Part shown: positions 1 to 12,165 of the stretch, piece after piece | Numbering within the stretch: position 1 is the stretch's first letter | How the letters are laid out: each line of letters starts with the position of its first letter | NCBI GenBank assembly: GCA_043228905.1 | Contig: JBHGNT010000010.1 | Span: 18,848,001 to 18,912,000, forward strand | Direction of reading: 5' to 3' | DNA: 64,000 nt | From: Azolla caroliniana | Lineage: Eukaryota > Plantae > Polypodiophyta | Program-made: the position numbers and the translations under genes | The notes under the pieces: generated by a model | The model's input: the letters and a program-made list of their open reading frames with translations, nothing else | Database searches by the model: none | Told to the model about the DNA's origin: nothing

Positions 1-3000
1 GAAAGCCATAGGATGTAGCTTTTCATCATTGCGTTGTTGAGACAGAATGCTACCCAAGGTGAAATCTGACACGTCTACTTCAATGATGAATGGTTTTTCT
101 GGATCAACATGAGCTAAAATAGGAGCTGATGTAAATGCCTTCTTAAGACTCTCAAAAGTAATATCCGCTTCTTCAGACCAAACGAATGATTTTCCCTTCC
201 TGGTAAGTTGTGTGAGAGGCAGAACAAGCTTTGAGTAATCCTGTATGGACTTGCGGTAAAAATTTGCAAAGCCTAAAAAGCATTGCACATCTCACAACGA
301 ACGCGGAGTTTGCCACTCTACCACCGTTTTGACCTTAGCCGGATCCATGGAGATGCCTTCTGAGGAAATGACATAGCCCAAAAATTCTACTTGGTTGCAC
401 CCGAAACTACATTTTTCTAGTTTTGCATAAAGACCATGTTCTCGAAGTCGTTTTAGTACTAACAGTACATGAGAATCATGCTCTTCCCGAGTCTTCGAAT
501 AAAATAGTAGATCTTCCAAATAGATGATCAAAAAATCATACAAGAGATCTCAGAATATATCATTTACCATGTGCTGGAAGACTGTTGGCACATTAGTGAG
601 CTCAAATGGCATGATTGTATACTCGAAGTGCCCATATCTGGTGCGAAACGTAGTCTTCCATTTGTCTCCTGGTCGGATCCGTACGAGGTTATATGCTCCT
701 CGTAAGTCGATCTTTGTGAAGAACCTTGCACCATAATTTGATTCGTTCTAAAAGACTTGAGATAAGAGGAAGTGCATACCTATTCCTGATGGTGACTTTA
801 TTCAACCCACGGTAATCTACGAAGACGAAGTGATCCATCCTTTTTTCTTGATGAAGAAAATGGGTGCACCGGCTGGAGATTTCGAATGTCGAATGAAACC
901 ATTTGACAAATTATCCTCTATATAGGCTCGAAGGACTTCTATCTTGGTTGGTGACAAATTGTAGATCGGTCCCCATGCTGGCTCTTTTCCCGGTTGTAAA
1001 TCGATGGGGCAATCATACGGTCGATGGTGAGGAAGCGTATTAGCTCGTACTTTATCGAACACATCGGCATAATGATGATACTTCTCTGGAAGTTGAATGG
1101 TGGACTCCTCTTTATTGATACTGGAGGCGTTTACTAATATTGTGAAGAGAAATATTTCTTTCTTGTGTCCTTCCTCACGCAACTGATGTAGCGAAATGAT
1201 TGCAATCTTATGAGTAGATCCTCGGGTTTGTCGACACCGTATTTCTCTTGTTCTCCAATCTATGGTCAGGTTATGTAATTCGAACCATGGTAATCCCAAA
1301 ACCATGGGATGTTCTGGAATACTAATTATATTAAATGATACTACACATGCTAAGTTATCTAGGACAATATTAACGGGTTCTTACTCTTCTATAATATTCC
1401 CGGAAGCAATGGGACGACCATCAATGACTACTACAGAGGCTGGACATGGGAGTTTCTTTAGGGATATCTGATGAGCTTGGGCAAAATTCCTATCCATGAA
1501 GTAAGAGTTGGCTCCGGAATCTAAGAGTGCTAAGAGATGTACTAGAGGAGTACTTTTAGTACTAACCATTACTTGAGCTAAGAACACATTGCTAACTTGT
1601 TTAGAGGAAATGGAACCATTAATGGGCTGCACAAATCTAGGGTTGTCCAACCAAACGACTCCTATTTTGGCTGGACTTAATCGTTTAACTCTTCTTCTAG
1701 TTCGCTAAGGATTTCAAATTTGTTTGAAAGGCTTGGGCTATTAGGACTATTAGACACACCTAGAGGAAAAGACTCGGGTTTAGTACTATTAGTACTAGCA
1801 GTTATTTGATTTACCTGCCTTTTCGGCTAATGGGGGCAGTTCACTGCAATATGCCCCGGTCCACCGCAATAAAGACATAATTGATTTGCCCTACGTTGCT
1901 GCTTTTCTTCTTCTGATAGTGGTCCGCGACGACGTGTGGTGTCAATTTCCATTGGATTCCTAGTATTTGTTGGAGACGTATTGAATGACTCCCTTGGGAA
2001 AGGCTTCGCTACGATTGAAGCGTAGGTGGGCTCCGATCTTGTCCATGGCATTTGGAACTAACGTTCCAAACGTCGTTCGAAGAGGCGATTATCGCATCGC
2101 ACCGCATGACTGATTACTTCTGTCAATGACTTTGGCTCCTCGGGGAAAGTTAAGAGTAAATCTTTAACATCATTACATAGGCCAAAATGAAATTGCTCCA
2201 TTAGTGCCTGGTCATCCTAGGGAATATCGGTGGCGAGAAGACAGAAATCCGCAACATAAGCCGAGGCCGGCCGCTCACCTTGGCGCAATCTTCGGATTTT
2301 GTTGATTGGTGTTCTAACACTGTCGGTATCTCCAAAACAGGCTTTAAACTCGGTAATAAACTCTTCGAAATTATTTAACAAGGGAGAGCTTTTTTGTAAC
2401 AGGAGGGAGAACCATGTCAAAGCCATGCCACTAAGTAGAGTGCCTACTAGTCCCACTCGTAATGCATCGATGGGATATCGAGAATGATGCATTTGAATGA
2501 CTAATCGTAACCGATTAAGGAATCCTCTAAACTGCGATCGCGTTCCATCGAATTTCATGGGAAGGCCGATCTTGGGTTCTTTATGAATCCCTTGTGTATT
2601 GGGTCCTTGTTGTTGCATCGTTACTAAGGTTGCTTCGAGTTGTTGCACGCATACCACTAGTTCCCCATGTTGTTGTTGCGTCTGCTGCTTTTGTAAGGAG
2701 ATTTGTTGAAGATCCCCCAACAACTGTTGATTTTCTTGTTCCAAAGCAAGGAACTTATCTTTCAAGTATTGCAGCTCTGAGAAAATGGATTAATATTCTT
2801 GAGCGCTAACAGTGGCCATTGTATGAGAGAAAAGAGGAATAAGAGATTAGTATAAAGGGAGGGAGAAGTAAGAAGATAAAGGAAGAAAAGGAAGGAGAAC
2901 CAAATCAGTTCAAGCTGTCAGGAGCAGTACTAAGATAGAGAAGTATTGTCAAGAACAATACTAAAACAAAGAAGGAATTAGTACTAAAGGATGAGGATTA

Positions 3001-3264
3001 ATACTAAGGGAGGTGTAGAGAGAGAGAGAGAGAGAGAGAATGAGGATAACAAATCATATATATTATGTTAAGGGAATATACAATGGTAGCTAGGAGGCTT
3101 AAGACTAGCGTTGAACCAATTTGGTTCGAAATAATGCCTTGTGCCTCCTTTTATAGTGTTCTCAGGAGTACTCCTGAAGTTTCTAGAATGTTCCAGAGAA
3201 ATCTGGAATATACATCAATTTTCTTTAGTAAAACCTAGATGAAAATAATATTCTTCGTATTACA
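1..3264 (-). mobile_element. Decayed Ty3/gypsy LTR retrotransposon, Tf1/sushi/Tcn1-like (5' LTR, gag, protease, RT, start of RNase H region); runs off the left edge
   Basis: Gag ATG at 2819 (KFDGTRSQFRGFL, LRQGERPASAY, CLYCGGPGHIAVNC zinc knuckle). Protease ALLDSGA (~1520). RT motifs LPHHRPYDCPIDL, GFIRHSKSPAGAPIFF, YLEDLLFYS, VEFLGYVIS. Multiple premature stops and frameshifts. The clade call rests on sequence resemblance only; the chromodomain/integrase is not in the window. Confidence 0.93.
2916..3264 (-). repeat. 5' LTR (~349 bp) of the gypsy element
   Basis: Minus strand begins TGTAATA (3264) and ends TGACA (2916). TATAAAA at 3155-3149. Lies ~100 nt upstream of the gag ATG. The second LTR is outside the window. 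Confidence 0.75.
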
Positions 3265-3330
3265 ATATATAGTTTAATAGTCAAGAGCTCGACCCATGTA
3301 ACATAAGGTCATGGGTTCGAATCTTGCCAT
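3265..3330 (+). mobile_element. tRNA-like (SINE head) sequence
   Basis: A-box-like TAGTTTAATAGTCAA and B-box GGTTCGAATC at tRNA spacing; no intact cloverleaf. Confidence 0.55.
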
Positions 3331-4749
3331 ATCATGACAGAAGCATATTCTAATGAAGAGGTGAGGATAGTAGAGGCATTTTGTTTTTGTATTTACAGGA
3401 ATTTGGTGGTAACCGGCGAGATGGTTGATGTGGAAAAATGAAGCATAATTCTTGATAAAGATGAGTGTTGATGGTGTGGAGGTTAGACGCATATTCTTAA
3501 GGGTCGAGGAGGCGTATTGTATTTTTTTTTTCAAGAAAGATACACCTTAGTATATTACTTGAGAAATATACATATAGAAAACAAAAGAAGACATTTCATC
3601 TCACCTCTATTTTAATACAAAAGCTAATACCAACATCTGATCAAACAGAAGGAGGCGTGTTGTAGTTGATCGAATTATGGATCTATATTATCTTCCCTAC
3701 CAGAGATAGTCATTATAATTCCTTTTTAGGTGAAGATGAAGGAGATGGTCAGATTCATATAGATGATTTGACATGAGGGATAGTTGTGGGCTAACCAAGA
3801 CAACCCACAACTATCCCTCATGGTTCATCATATCTCATGTGACATTACATGAGTTGCAAGTTGTGATAACTGTTATCACTATGGAGCAGGAGAAGATGGC
3901 CACTTTAGAACGGATGACATCACAAGAGGAAGTGGTGTGGACTAACCATTATGGCCCACTACATTCTACATTCACTAAATGTAGGATGTCTCATGTCATT
4001 CTTTTTCGTCCTCCACTCTCCTTCTTTATGGTTTTCATAGGTCATCATGGCTAGAGCTATTGTAATGTTTTCAACATAATCATTTCATCATGTATGCAGA
4101 ATTTCTACTAATGAAGAATATTTTTTTTAGGGAATTACCTTTATTATGTAGAAATGGCAAATGGCAAATGGGCTTGTAATGTGAAAAGGACCCTTTACCA
4201 AGTTGCATAAAAGGGAAAAGGGCTCTCATGTAGAAGAGGCCATGGGGTGTCCCAACTTTAAGGCCACCTTTTAGTTTTCATTCTCTTCATTTGAATCCAC
4301 AAAGAGTCAATTTCCTCCATGTATCTTTTCCACATTAATAAATAGAGATATAAATTTTTTATGCTTAGCAATTATCTACTTAATTGAGATACCTCATATG
4401 TTTCTTTTAACTTAAGATTTAGTACTCTAGAGTAACTTTGATTAACTTAAGAAGCCTTTCATGCTTTCACAGTTGCCTGGAGTGGAGAGGTAAGTGATTT
4501 TATATGTTGATGTATACCGTGGCGTTTGCCATTAGGAGTAATGTGTCGATCCCTTGCTCAGCCCACCATGAATAAGATATCCCCTCAAGACTTGGTAGTA
4601 ACCCTAGGAAGTGCAACACTCTACAAAATGAGTTGTGTTGGCCCCTTCAAGGAAACTTGATTAATTGATCCCCCACTTTTAAGTGGATTAATTAATCCTA
4701 TATGCAACACCTTGACATGTCCATGGGGTAAATCTTTTAAAGCTTGATA

Positions 4750-6150
4750 AACATCCATTTCTTGATAACTTTTTTATATCCTATGCTAAACTCTCTCATA
4801 TTGACATTTCTATGAAAGTTAGTTGGCTAGGTCCTCAAAGTACATAGTCTTCAATCTCCAACCAACAAAAGACTAACAACATTGTTTTTGTTTCTTGGAT
4901 CAATTCTAGCTTTTGCATTTCAATCCTTGCCCTTTATTTATGTCATGGTATGGCCTTGACGGTGTCGATTTTCTAGTAAACTCATTTTGATTTGACATCA
5001 TTGTTGTAAGTTTGGATCATCCATTAACTGTTCCTTCACGAATTTCAACCATGGCCCAATATGGCCTTTGTTTGATTTTCCAATCTAGTTGCATGGATCA
5101 ACAAATTTTATCACTTGCGATAAACATAAAGATAGAACAAACTAGCTTACTCATAGAGTGCAATGTTAAACATATCAACACAATAGAAATCATGTAGTTT
5201 TCCTCCTTTGATCATACATCAATCCTAGTTTTGAAGTTCCGCTACTCCCTTCCCTATACAACATTTCAATTCCTCAACTACCTCGTATTTCCTTTTATCC
5301 CCTCAAACTTATCTGAAAGAAATTATCCTCACAAAAAATTCATGTTTAGATTGATTTATTTCTCAACCATCTTTTGCCATAATATAAAATTGTTCAAAGC
5401 CTCAATCTTCTCTTTGAAGAAATATATTCACATCATCCTATCATAGTTATCTATGATAAAGAAGAACCAAGATAATCCACAAGTTCACTTTTTGCCATAA
5501 TCTTTCAATTTGAGGTCAACTAAACCAATTCTAGAGGAGAATTCAATCACTTGGCCACATGTGGGAAGGTTTTATGATGTTGCTTGCTCGTTAGGCAATC
5601 CTCACTCTCCCCAAACAAGTTGTGAACCAACCCATCTACCCACATCTTTTGTAATATTGAGAAACTCCAATGTTGAAGTGCTAATGCCAAATCTTTAGAC
5701 TAGTTACAATCTTGTTCCATCTTTGTGAGGATTTGGGGATGTAAAAGTGCCTCCTATAATCACTTGTTCCACCCACTTAAGTCGCAAATATATTGATACT
5801 TGTCCCTATTCAAACATCCCTTGTTGGTTCCTACCATCAACCACACACCATTGGAATCCTTCAAGTCTAGAACCAACTCTTTTGAATTTTCATCTATCAA
5901 CTCACTTTGTTTCTTTGAATTCATCTAAATTTCAACACATTGAAATGTGTTTGGCAAACTTAACTCAACAATTAGCCACATTAACTGGAATATGTCCTCT
6001 TCAACGATTGCATGGAAACTTCCTTCTTGGATAATCCAATTCTCGATAAATCAAACTCTGAGCTTCACCACAATTGTGGCACCTTCCACTAATGACTTCT
6101 TATACAAATTTCCGTAATGTTCGCTATCCCATTTGGCTTATGATGTGAAA
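4750..6150 (-). mobile_element. Possible very decayed LTR-retrotransposon internal remnant
   Basis: Only weak protease-region-like fragments on the minus strand around 4980-5180; no long ORF. Boundaries are approximate. Confidence 0.25.
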
Positions 6151-6607
6151 TTGTATTCATCTTCAAAGTGCCCCATATGCACCACTCTTTTCATTGATCG
6201 TAGGAGTCTATTTGATATATGTTCACACCAACGGGTCCAAATGAGTCAAATCATTTTTAATACTTCATTCACATTTTTGTCACGTAAATTAAATCAAGCT
6301 CACACATAATTGTGTTATTTGTCCAACTCTTTCTATCATTTTTTTGGATACATTAAGAAATGTTTCTATCTTTTTTAACCCTTGATTTCATCTCCTCGAA
6401 TACTCTTTTATATTTCGAGAATTTCCCCTCTAAACTCATTTCATGGCTCTCCCTCCCTTTTGCTACCTCTAACCTCACTTTCATCTCATGAAACCCCACT
6501 TTTTTATCACTTTACTTTGTTTGCATCATTTTGAGATTTTTTTATTATCTATATAGTTAGACAATTTCTACATTATATAACCGCTTCTCATATTTTATTG
6601 TGTCTTT

Positions 6608-7607
6608 CATAGAACGTAACATACTCGAATGCATTTGCAAACATTCTTTTTCATATGTTTGCAAATGAGTGCGTATGTTATGAAAACATACTTATGTTCT
6701 TTTTTTATGTTTTTACCTTAATTTTCTTACCTGTAAAAAGTTTTACCTTATAGTAAATAATGAATACAAACGTTGTCGTAGTGTATTTTGTACACTACGT
6801 GAAAAACGTATATAGTATTAGATTCAATAAAAAATGAAGAAATAGAAGAAAATAGCAAAATAAATGGAACATGCATAGGGCAAGATTCGAACCTTGCACC
6901 TCCATGTTAATAATGTAATGTCTTACCATTACACTAGCATTTCATTAGTGCTAAAGGATAGATGTCCCACATAGAAAGGTAAATTCACGCTAGGATAAAC
7001 ATTAGAAAAACGCATAACAAAAGAAAAAGCTACACATACACATCTAGCGTGCATGATAAAAAACGCACAAGTTAGAAAAAAGCATGATCACTTTAGATAA
7101 AGCATATAGTCTATCTATAGGAAAAGCATGGGGTCTATAGTTAGAGAAAAAGCATGGATTACTAAGACTTCCTCATCACTACATAAGGATGGGGAGCACA
7201 ATGTAATTGTGTGTGAAATATTTGGAAATTGGATATATTTCCGAAAACACCAACCGATTAATATAATCGTGGGATTCACGAAAATAATATAATCTATACT
7301 TGTGGGATTCACAAGTTTCTTATATCTTTCTTTCAATCTAAATACATATTCTTACCTAAATATTGACTAAATATACTAAACTCGTGGGATTCACGAGATT
7401 CTTATCTTATAACTCTTTATACCTATTCTTTACTAGCCTTATTTGTATTTTTCTTTCTCCTAGTCCAAAACCCCGGTGGTTCCCACCCGACTCACGCAAA
7501 CGATCCAGAGCCGAAAGGCACGACAACGTATGGGTGTTTACCATACTCGAATGCTCGAAGGATACTCGAATGTGAATGCAGGTATGGTACGTATAGTCCA
7601 TACTATT
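6608..7607. mobile_element. Non-autonomous hAT-like DNA transposon, same family as 37762-38035
   Basis: Left ~170 bp (catagaacgtaa...aaagttttacctta) and right ~70 bp (tttaccatactc...catacta) are clearly similar to the two halves of 37762-38035. Subterminal gaatg/cattc motifs. Confidence 0.6.
6878..6938 (-). mobile_element. tRNA-like (SINE head) sequence
   Basis: Reverse complement reads gcTAGTGTAATGGTAaga...GGTTCGAATCttgccc (A and B boxes). Shares GGTTCGAATCTTGCC with 3265-3330. Confidence 0.55.
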
Positions 7608-10600
7608 ATGTAGTTCAAGTTTATCATTGATTTATTTTGTGCTCTATATTTATATGGTAATTCAAAACTATATTGTTTGCATAAAGTTCACTAGAAAATG
7701 TAGACCAAAACATCACATCGGAATTTACATATATGCAAATAGTATGTATAAGCAAGCATTAATGAAATCGTCAACGCATGCGATCTTCTCGATGAACTTT
7801 GGGTTCTTGTTATTTGAACAAATTCTAGATTGGTGTGAAAAAAACAGTAGAACATCATTAAAAGGTTTTTCCGTATAGCATATTTGTCGATTTGATTATC
7901 ACATGATTTATTTATTTTCTTGGTATATCCCATGTTTTGCTCTTATGCTTACACAATACATATCACATACGTCAATTGTTAAATAAAACACATAACGATT
8001 AACACGTTGCTTATAAAAGAGAGCTACTTGTAATATCACATCTATATGTAACTAACGAACACGCGTTACTTGCTTGTTATAGAATCAATGTTTGGGACGC
8101 AATCATTAGGACATTTGGAATGTTCTCAAGACATTCGAAATAGATGTTTATGTTAAACAAATTGCATTATGAAGTTTTTCCTTCCACTTAGGAGATGAAA
8201 AATCCACTTAGGAGAACTTTGTTCTACATCCACGCAAAAGATAAATGTAAAGTCATGAACCATACATATCAACAAATACAATTTGATGGTCATGTACCAT
8301 GAAAAGGCGGAAAACAAACTAATTAAAACTTGTAAGAGGAGCTTCACTTTTCTATTTACAGGCCCTTGCTTTTCAATGCCAAGAATGGCACCATTATGAA
8401 ACTATGAATGCATGTATGTAAATGGCAAGAGAGAACTAATTTTTAACATCTTTGAAAGGGAGAGAATTCCTTTGAATGAGAGTTATGCAACTTTATCTCT
8501 ATTTAAAATTTGAAGTGCTTTTGTATGAAAGGGAGTTACAAAGTATAGCTAGATTTATACCTAAAACAAGGTCGTAAAGGATATGTATTACAATGCAAGA
8601 AAAAACAAAATGTCTCTTTGCCAGTGCCGTTTTACCCAACCCACTATGGTTTATGGAAAAGTAGGTTAGTGGAAAGATAAAGGCAGATCAAGTTACGTAA
8701 AAGATAGAGCATCTTCCGCATTCTTAAAGGATTTGTCGAAAAGTAATATGATCCAAAATTTTGCTATAAAAAAGCATATATACGTTCAAATGCTTTACCA
8801 ACAAATTCTTTATTTTCTACAAAGGGACGCATAAAATATTCCCAATGCATGATATCTTACTTTTAATTTGTAATGAGCTAGAGTTGGTTTTTTGGTCAAG
8901 AAAAGACTTATAGGACCTACTTCCATTAGTGACTACCAATTCTTTGTCCCCATATCAAGAGATAAATAACTTAGAGTAGAGTTTAAACATGATGTAATTT
9001 CATATACTGCAAACAAGGTAATTCAGAGATAAATATATTATAGTAGAGTTTATACAGGATGTAATTTCACATATTTCAAACAATGTAATTGAAATATTCC
9101 ACCTGAAGCATAGTACTCACCGGAAGAAGATTGTCCATGAAAGGCCACTAATGCGTATTGAGTGTGATCAAGAATCATGGGGCACTAATTGTTAGGCCAT
9201 ATAGTTAATAAAGGAAAGGCAGGTGTATCAAAAATGGGTGTTAAATCTTCACCCACCAGTAGGAGGACATATATGTGTGGTTGAAACATGAATAACTACT
9301 TACTACTATATGTGTGCAATAAGGAGAATTTTGTTATGAACATGCATTGCGTATGAAGTTATCAACTATGAAGATAAAGGAGAACACAATGAAGAGACGT
9401 GAGACAATTTAAATACTTTTACTCCACGATAGGTAATAAACTTTTTGGACCATGCAAAGGGTCCATGATATAGACATCAAAACCTAGGATAGAAGTACAT
9501 ATTGTCATGAATTTAAGCTATGTGTGTGCATTTTAAGTTTTACAAAAAAGTGCTTGTACAAAAAGTATTGTAAACATTTAGAACTAAGGGTCGTTCCCAC
9601 ACAAACCCAAACTATTCAGTGTAATCAAACTAAATTAGAAGCCATGAACATTATATACAACCTAAAATTGAATCGGGGTTTCATCAACTTCAGGTTGGAG
9701 TTTCGTACTAAATAGTTAGTTTTGCCATCTCTGACCAAAATCATCCTGCAACACACTATGACTATTGTTGATATGACAAAGCCAGATAAAAACTAGTGAA
9801 ATAATAAAATATTGTAAACCTAGAATCAAATGCTCAGAGGCGTGTAAGTTAAACTTACACATTTTGATTTCTATCAAGTAATGTCAGGAATAATGGGGGT
9901 TTTGAAAGATCATGTAGTATCGGTTTCGACTTGTAATAACAACTAAGAGAAACCATAAATTACTTATCGTGTTAAGGTTACATCTAGATGTAATGGAGGG
10001 ACAAGCAGCTTGGAAATGTCGTTGCACGATGATGCATAGGGTTTCCGAATCCAATGTATATTTAGCTTGAAACACCTGGGGCCCTAATATGCACTGAGAA
10101 ATTGTATATAAGAGGTTGCAAAGCGGGGGACTTCTGAAGTATACTATTGAGCATGACAAGTGTGGGTGGATAGACATGCACAGAGCAAACAAGGATGGCA
10201 TGCTAACCTTTCTCACCTAAACCCAAATGTACATTGTATAGGGACGCACACAAGAATCATTCCTCACACACCCTTACCAAAGACGAACAGACCAACAACC
10301 CCCTTTTTAGAGAGAGAAGGAAGAAAAAGAAAAACATTATATAATGCAAACATGCATGTGTGTGTGCGCACACACAAATGTATAGCGAAAGACGGATAGA
10401 GACACACGAAAGACGGATGGGACGGATGGATAGAGACACACGAAAGATGGATGGACAAACGGACAGACAGGTAGACACACAGGAAAGACGAACAAACAGA
10501 GACACACGTGTGAAAGCTTCATCACAACAACAGAACATGAGATACAAGAAAGAAAGAAAGATATATTAACGTCTTGTAAGGCCAAAATTGGCCCATGAGA

Positions 10601-11089
10601 CGATTGGTTTACAACAAAAATGAGCGGGGCCTCCAAGCATTACCATGAATCCTTCATCACATATTGTTATGGATATTTGTATAATTGGCCCCTCTGGCTT
10701 ATCACGAGGTTTCCCCTGTAGGCTGTTTCCTCTCCTCTTCACTTCTCTGCTTTTCTCTTCATATAACATACATTATACATACATATGTACACACATACGT
10801 ACAGAGATAGATATATATACTGTATACATATGTATATACGTACATACATACAACATGTACACATTTATACATGCATATGTTTCCCCTGTTTCCTCTGTTT
10901 TTCTCCCTCCTTCATTTCTCTGGTTTCTCTTCATATAACATAGATATATGTACACATATACATACAGACATAGATATATATACATATATATATATGTACA
11001 TACATACATATATCATATATGTATGTATGTATAATGTATAATGTATAATGGATATATATGTGTATGTATAAGACCACTCTTCTTCTTCC

Positions 11090-11092
11090 CCT

Positions 11093-11130
<38 letters not shown>
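11090..11130. repeat. (CT)n microsatellite within a TA/CA/CT simple-repeat field (10770-11130)
   Basis: Direct inspection. Confidence 0.95.
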
Positions 11131-11134
<4 letters not shown>

Positions 11135-11526
11135 AATATCTTTTTGCTGCCCCTTTCTATTTCTGTTTCATTTTTTACCTTTGTTTGTCATCCAAGGTTC
11201 CTTCCTCTCTTCTTCTTTTTTGTTTTGCTGAGAGAGAAAGGAAACTGTGTTCTGATTTCTATCAAGTGGGGTAATTGAAAAAAATGATCATGATTACAAA
11301 CTAATGGGTTAATTGATCCTTTTTTTTATTTCTTCTCCTCTTTCACTCGATGAGTCTGGATGTGTATGTATGTGTCTAGTAGGGGTGTGCTTTGAAGTTT
11401 TGCTATGTATGCCCTCTATGTGCGTGTGTGTACATATATATGTATGGATTTTGAAACAAAAAATCTTACACTTGATGATGATGATGATGATGCAGGCATG
11501 CATGCATAGGCAATTAGAATCTATTG

Positions 11527-12165
11527 ATGATATCGATGGCGAGGAGGAGGATGGCATTAGGTCCGTGCACAGCTGCGCCAGACGATAGGGTTGGCCCAAC
11601 AATGGTGGTGCTTGGATATAGAAGGCCAATGAATGGGTGCAATGCTACCATCAGCCATGGCTCACCAGTCATAAGTAGTAGTGCACTACCACCAACAACT
11701 TCATTATCATCATCACCATCACCATCATCATGTCCATCGCCATCGCCATCGCCATCACCAATTTTGTCCTCATCGAATTATAGTACTGGTTTTGGACATG
11801 TGGAGGGATCTCCTATTCCTTATCTTCTTGCCGGGCTAGCCGCCATGTTGGGCCTCATTGCCGTCTCGCTCTTCATCCTCGCTTGCTCGTATTGGAAACT
11901 GGTTGGATCTGGTGCTCATGCACATCAACAAGACCACCACCACCTTGCACAACCTAACGATCGTCGTATATCGTCTCAAACTGTGGATGTTAGCCACAAT
12001 GAGAACTCATCTTCCCATTGTAGTAAAGGGCTTCTATCCCCAAATGCTTACTCGCCACAAGATTCGTCCAAACTCGCAGTCATCATGGCTGGCCACAACT
12101 TTCCCACGTTCTTGGCCCAACCTGTGGACATAGTAGAGGCCACATCTGATGTAAAGCCATGTTAG
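11527..12165 (+). CDS. GDU: GLUTAMINE DUMPER-like single-pass membrane protein (amino-acid export regulator)
   Basis: SPIPYLLAGLAAMLGLIAVSLFILACSYWK membrane motif and the C-terminal VIMAG motif (VIMAGHNFPTFLAQP). Intronless. True start is uncertain because there are several in-frame ATGs from 11527. Confidence 0.92.
   Translation: MISMARRRMALGPCTAAPDDRVGPTMVVLGYRRPMNGCNATISHGSPVISSSALPPTTSLSSSPSPSSCPSPSPSPSPILSSSNYSTGFGHVEGSPIPYLLAGLAAMLGLIAVSLFILACSYWKLVGSGAHAHQQDHHHLAQPNDRRISSQTVDVSHNENSSSHCSKGLLSPNAYSPQDSSKLAVIMAGHNFPTFLAQPVDIVEATSDVKPC

Noticed and set aside
3658-4709. Solo LTR (TGTTG...CAACA after a purine-rich tract)
   Set aside because: No target-site duplication or second copy in the window, and the right end is ambiguous (4618 or 4709).
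10160-11629. Many short ORFs (YIYM/CVCV/ERER-rich)
   Set aside because: Translations of simple repeats.
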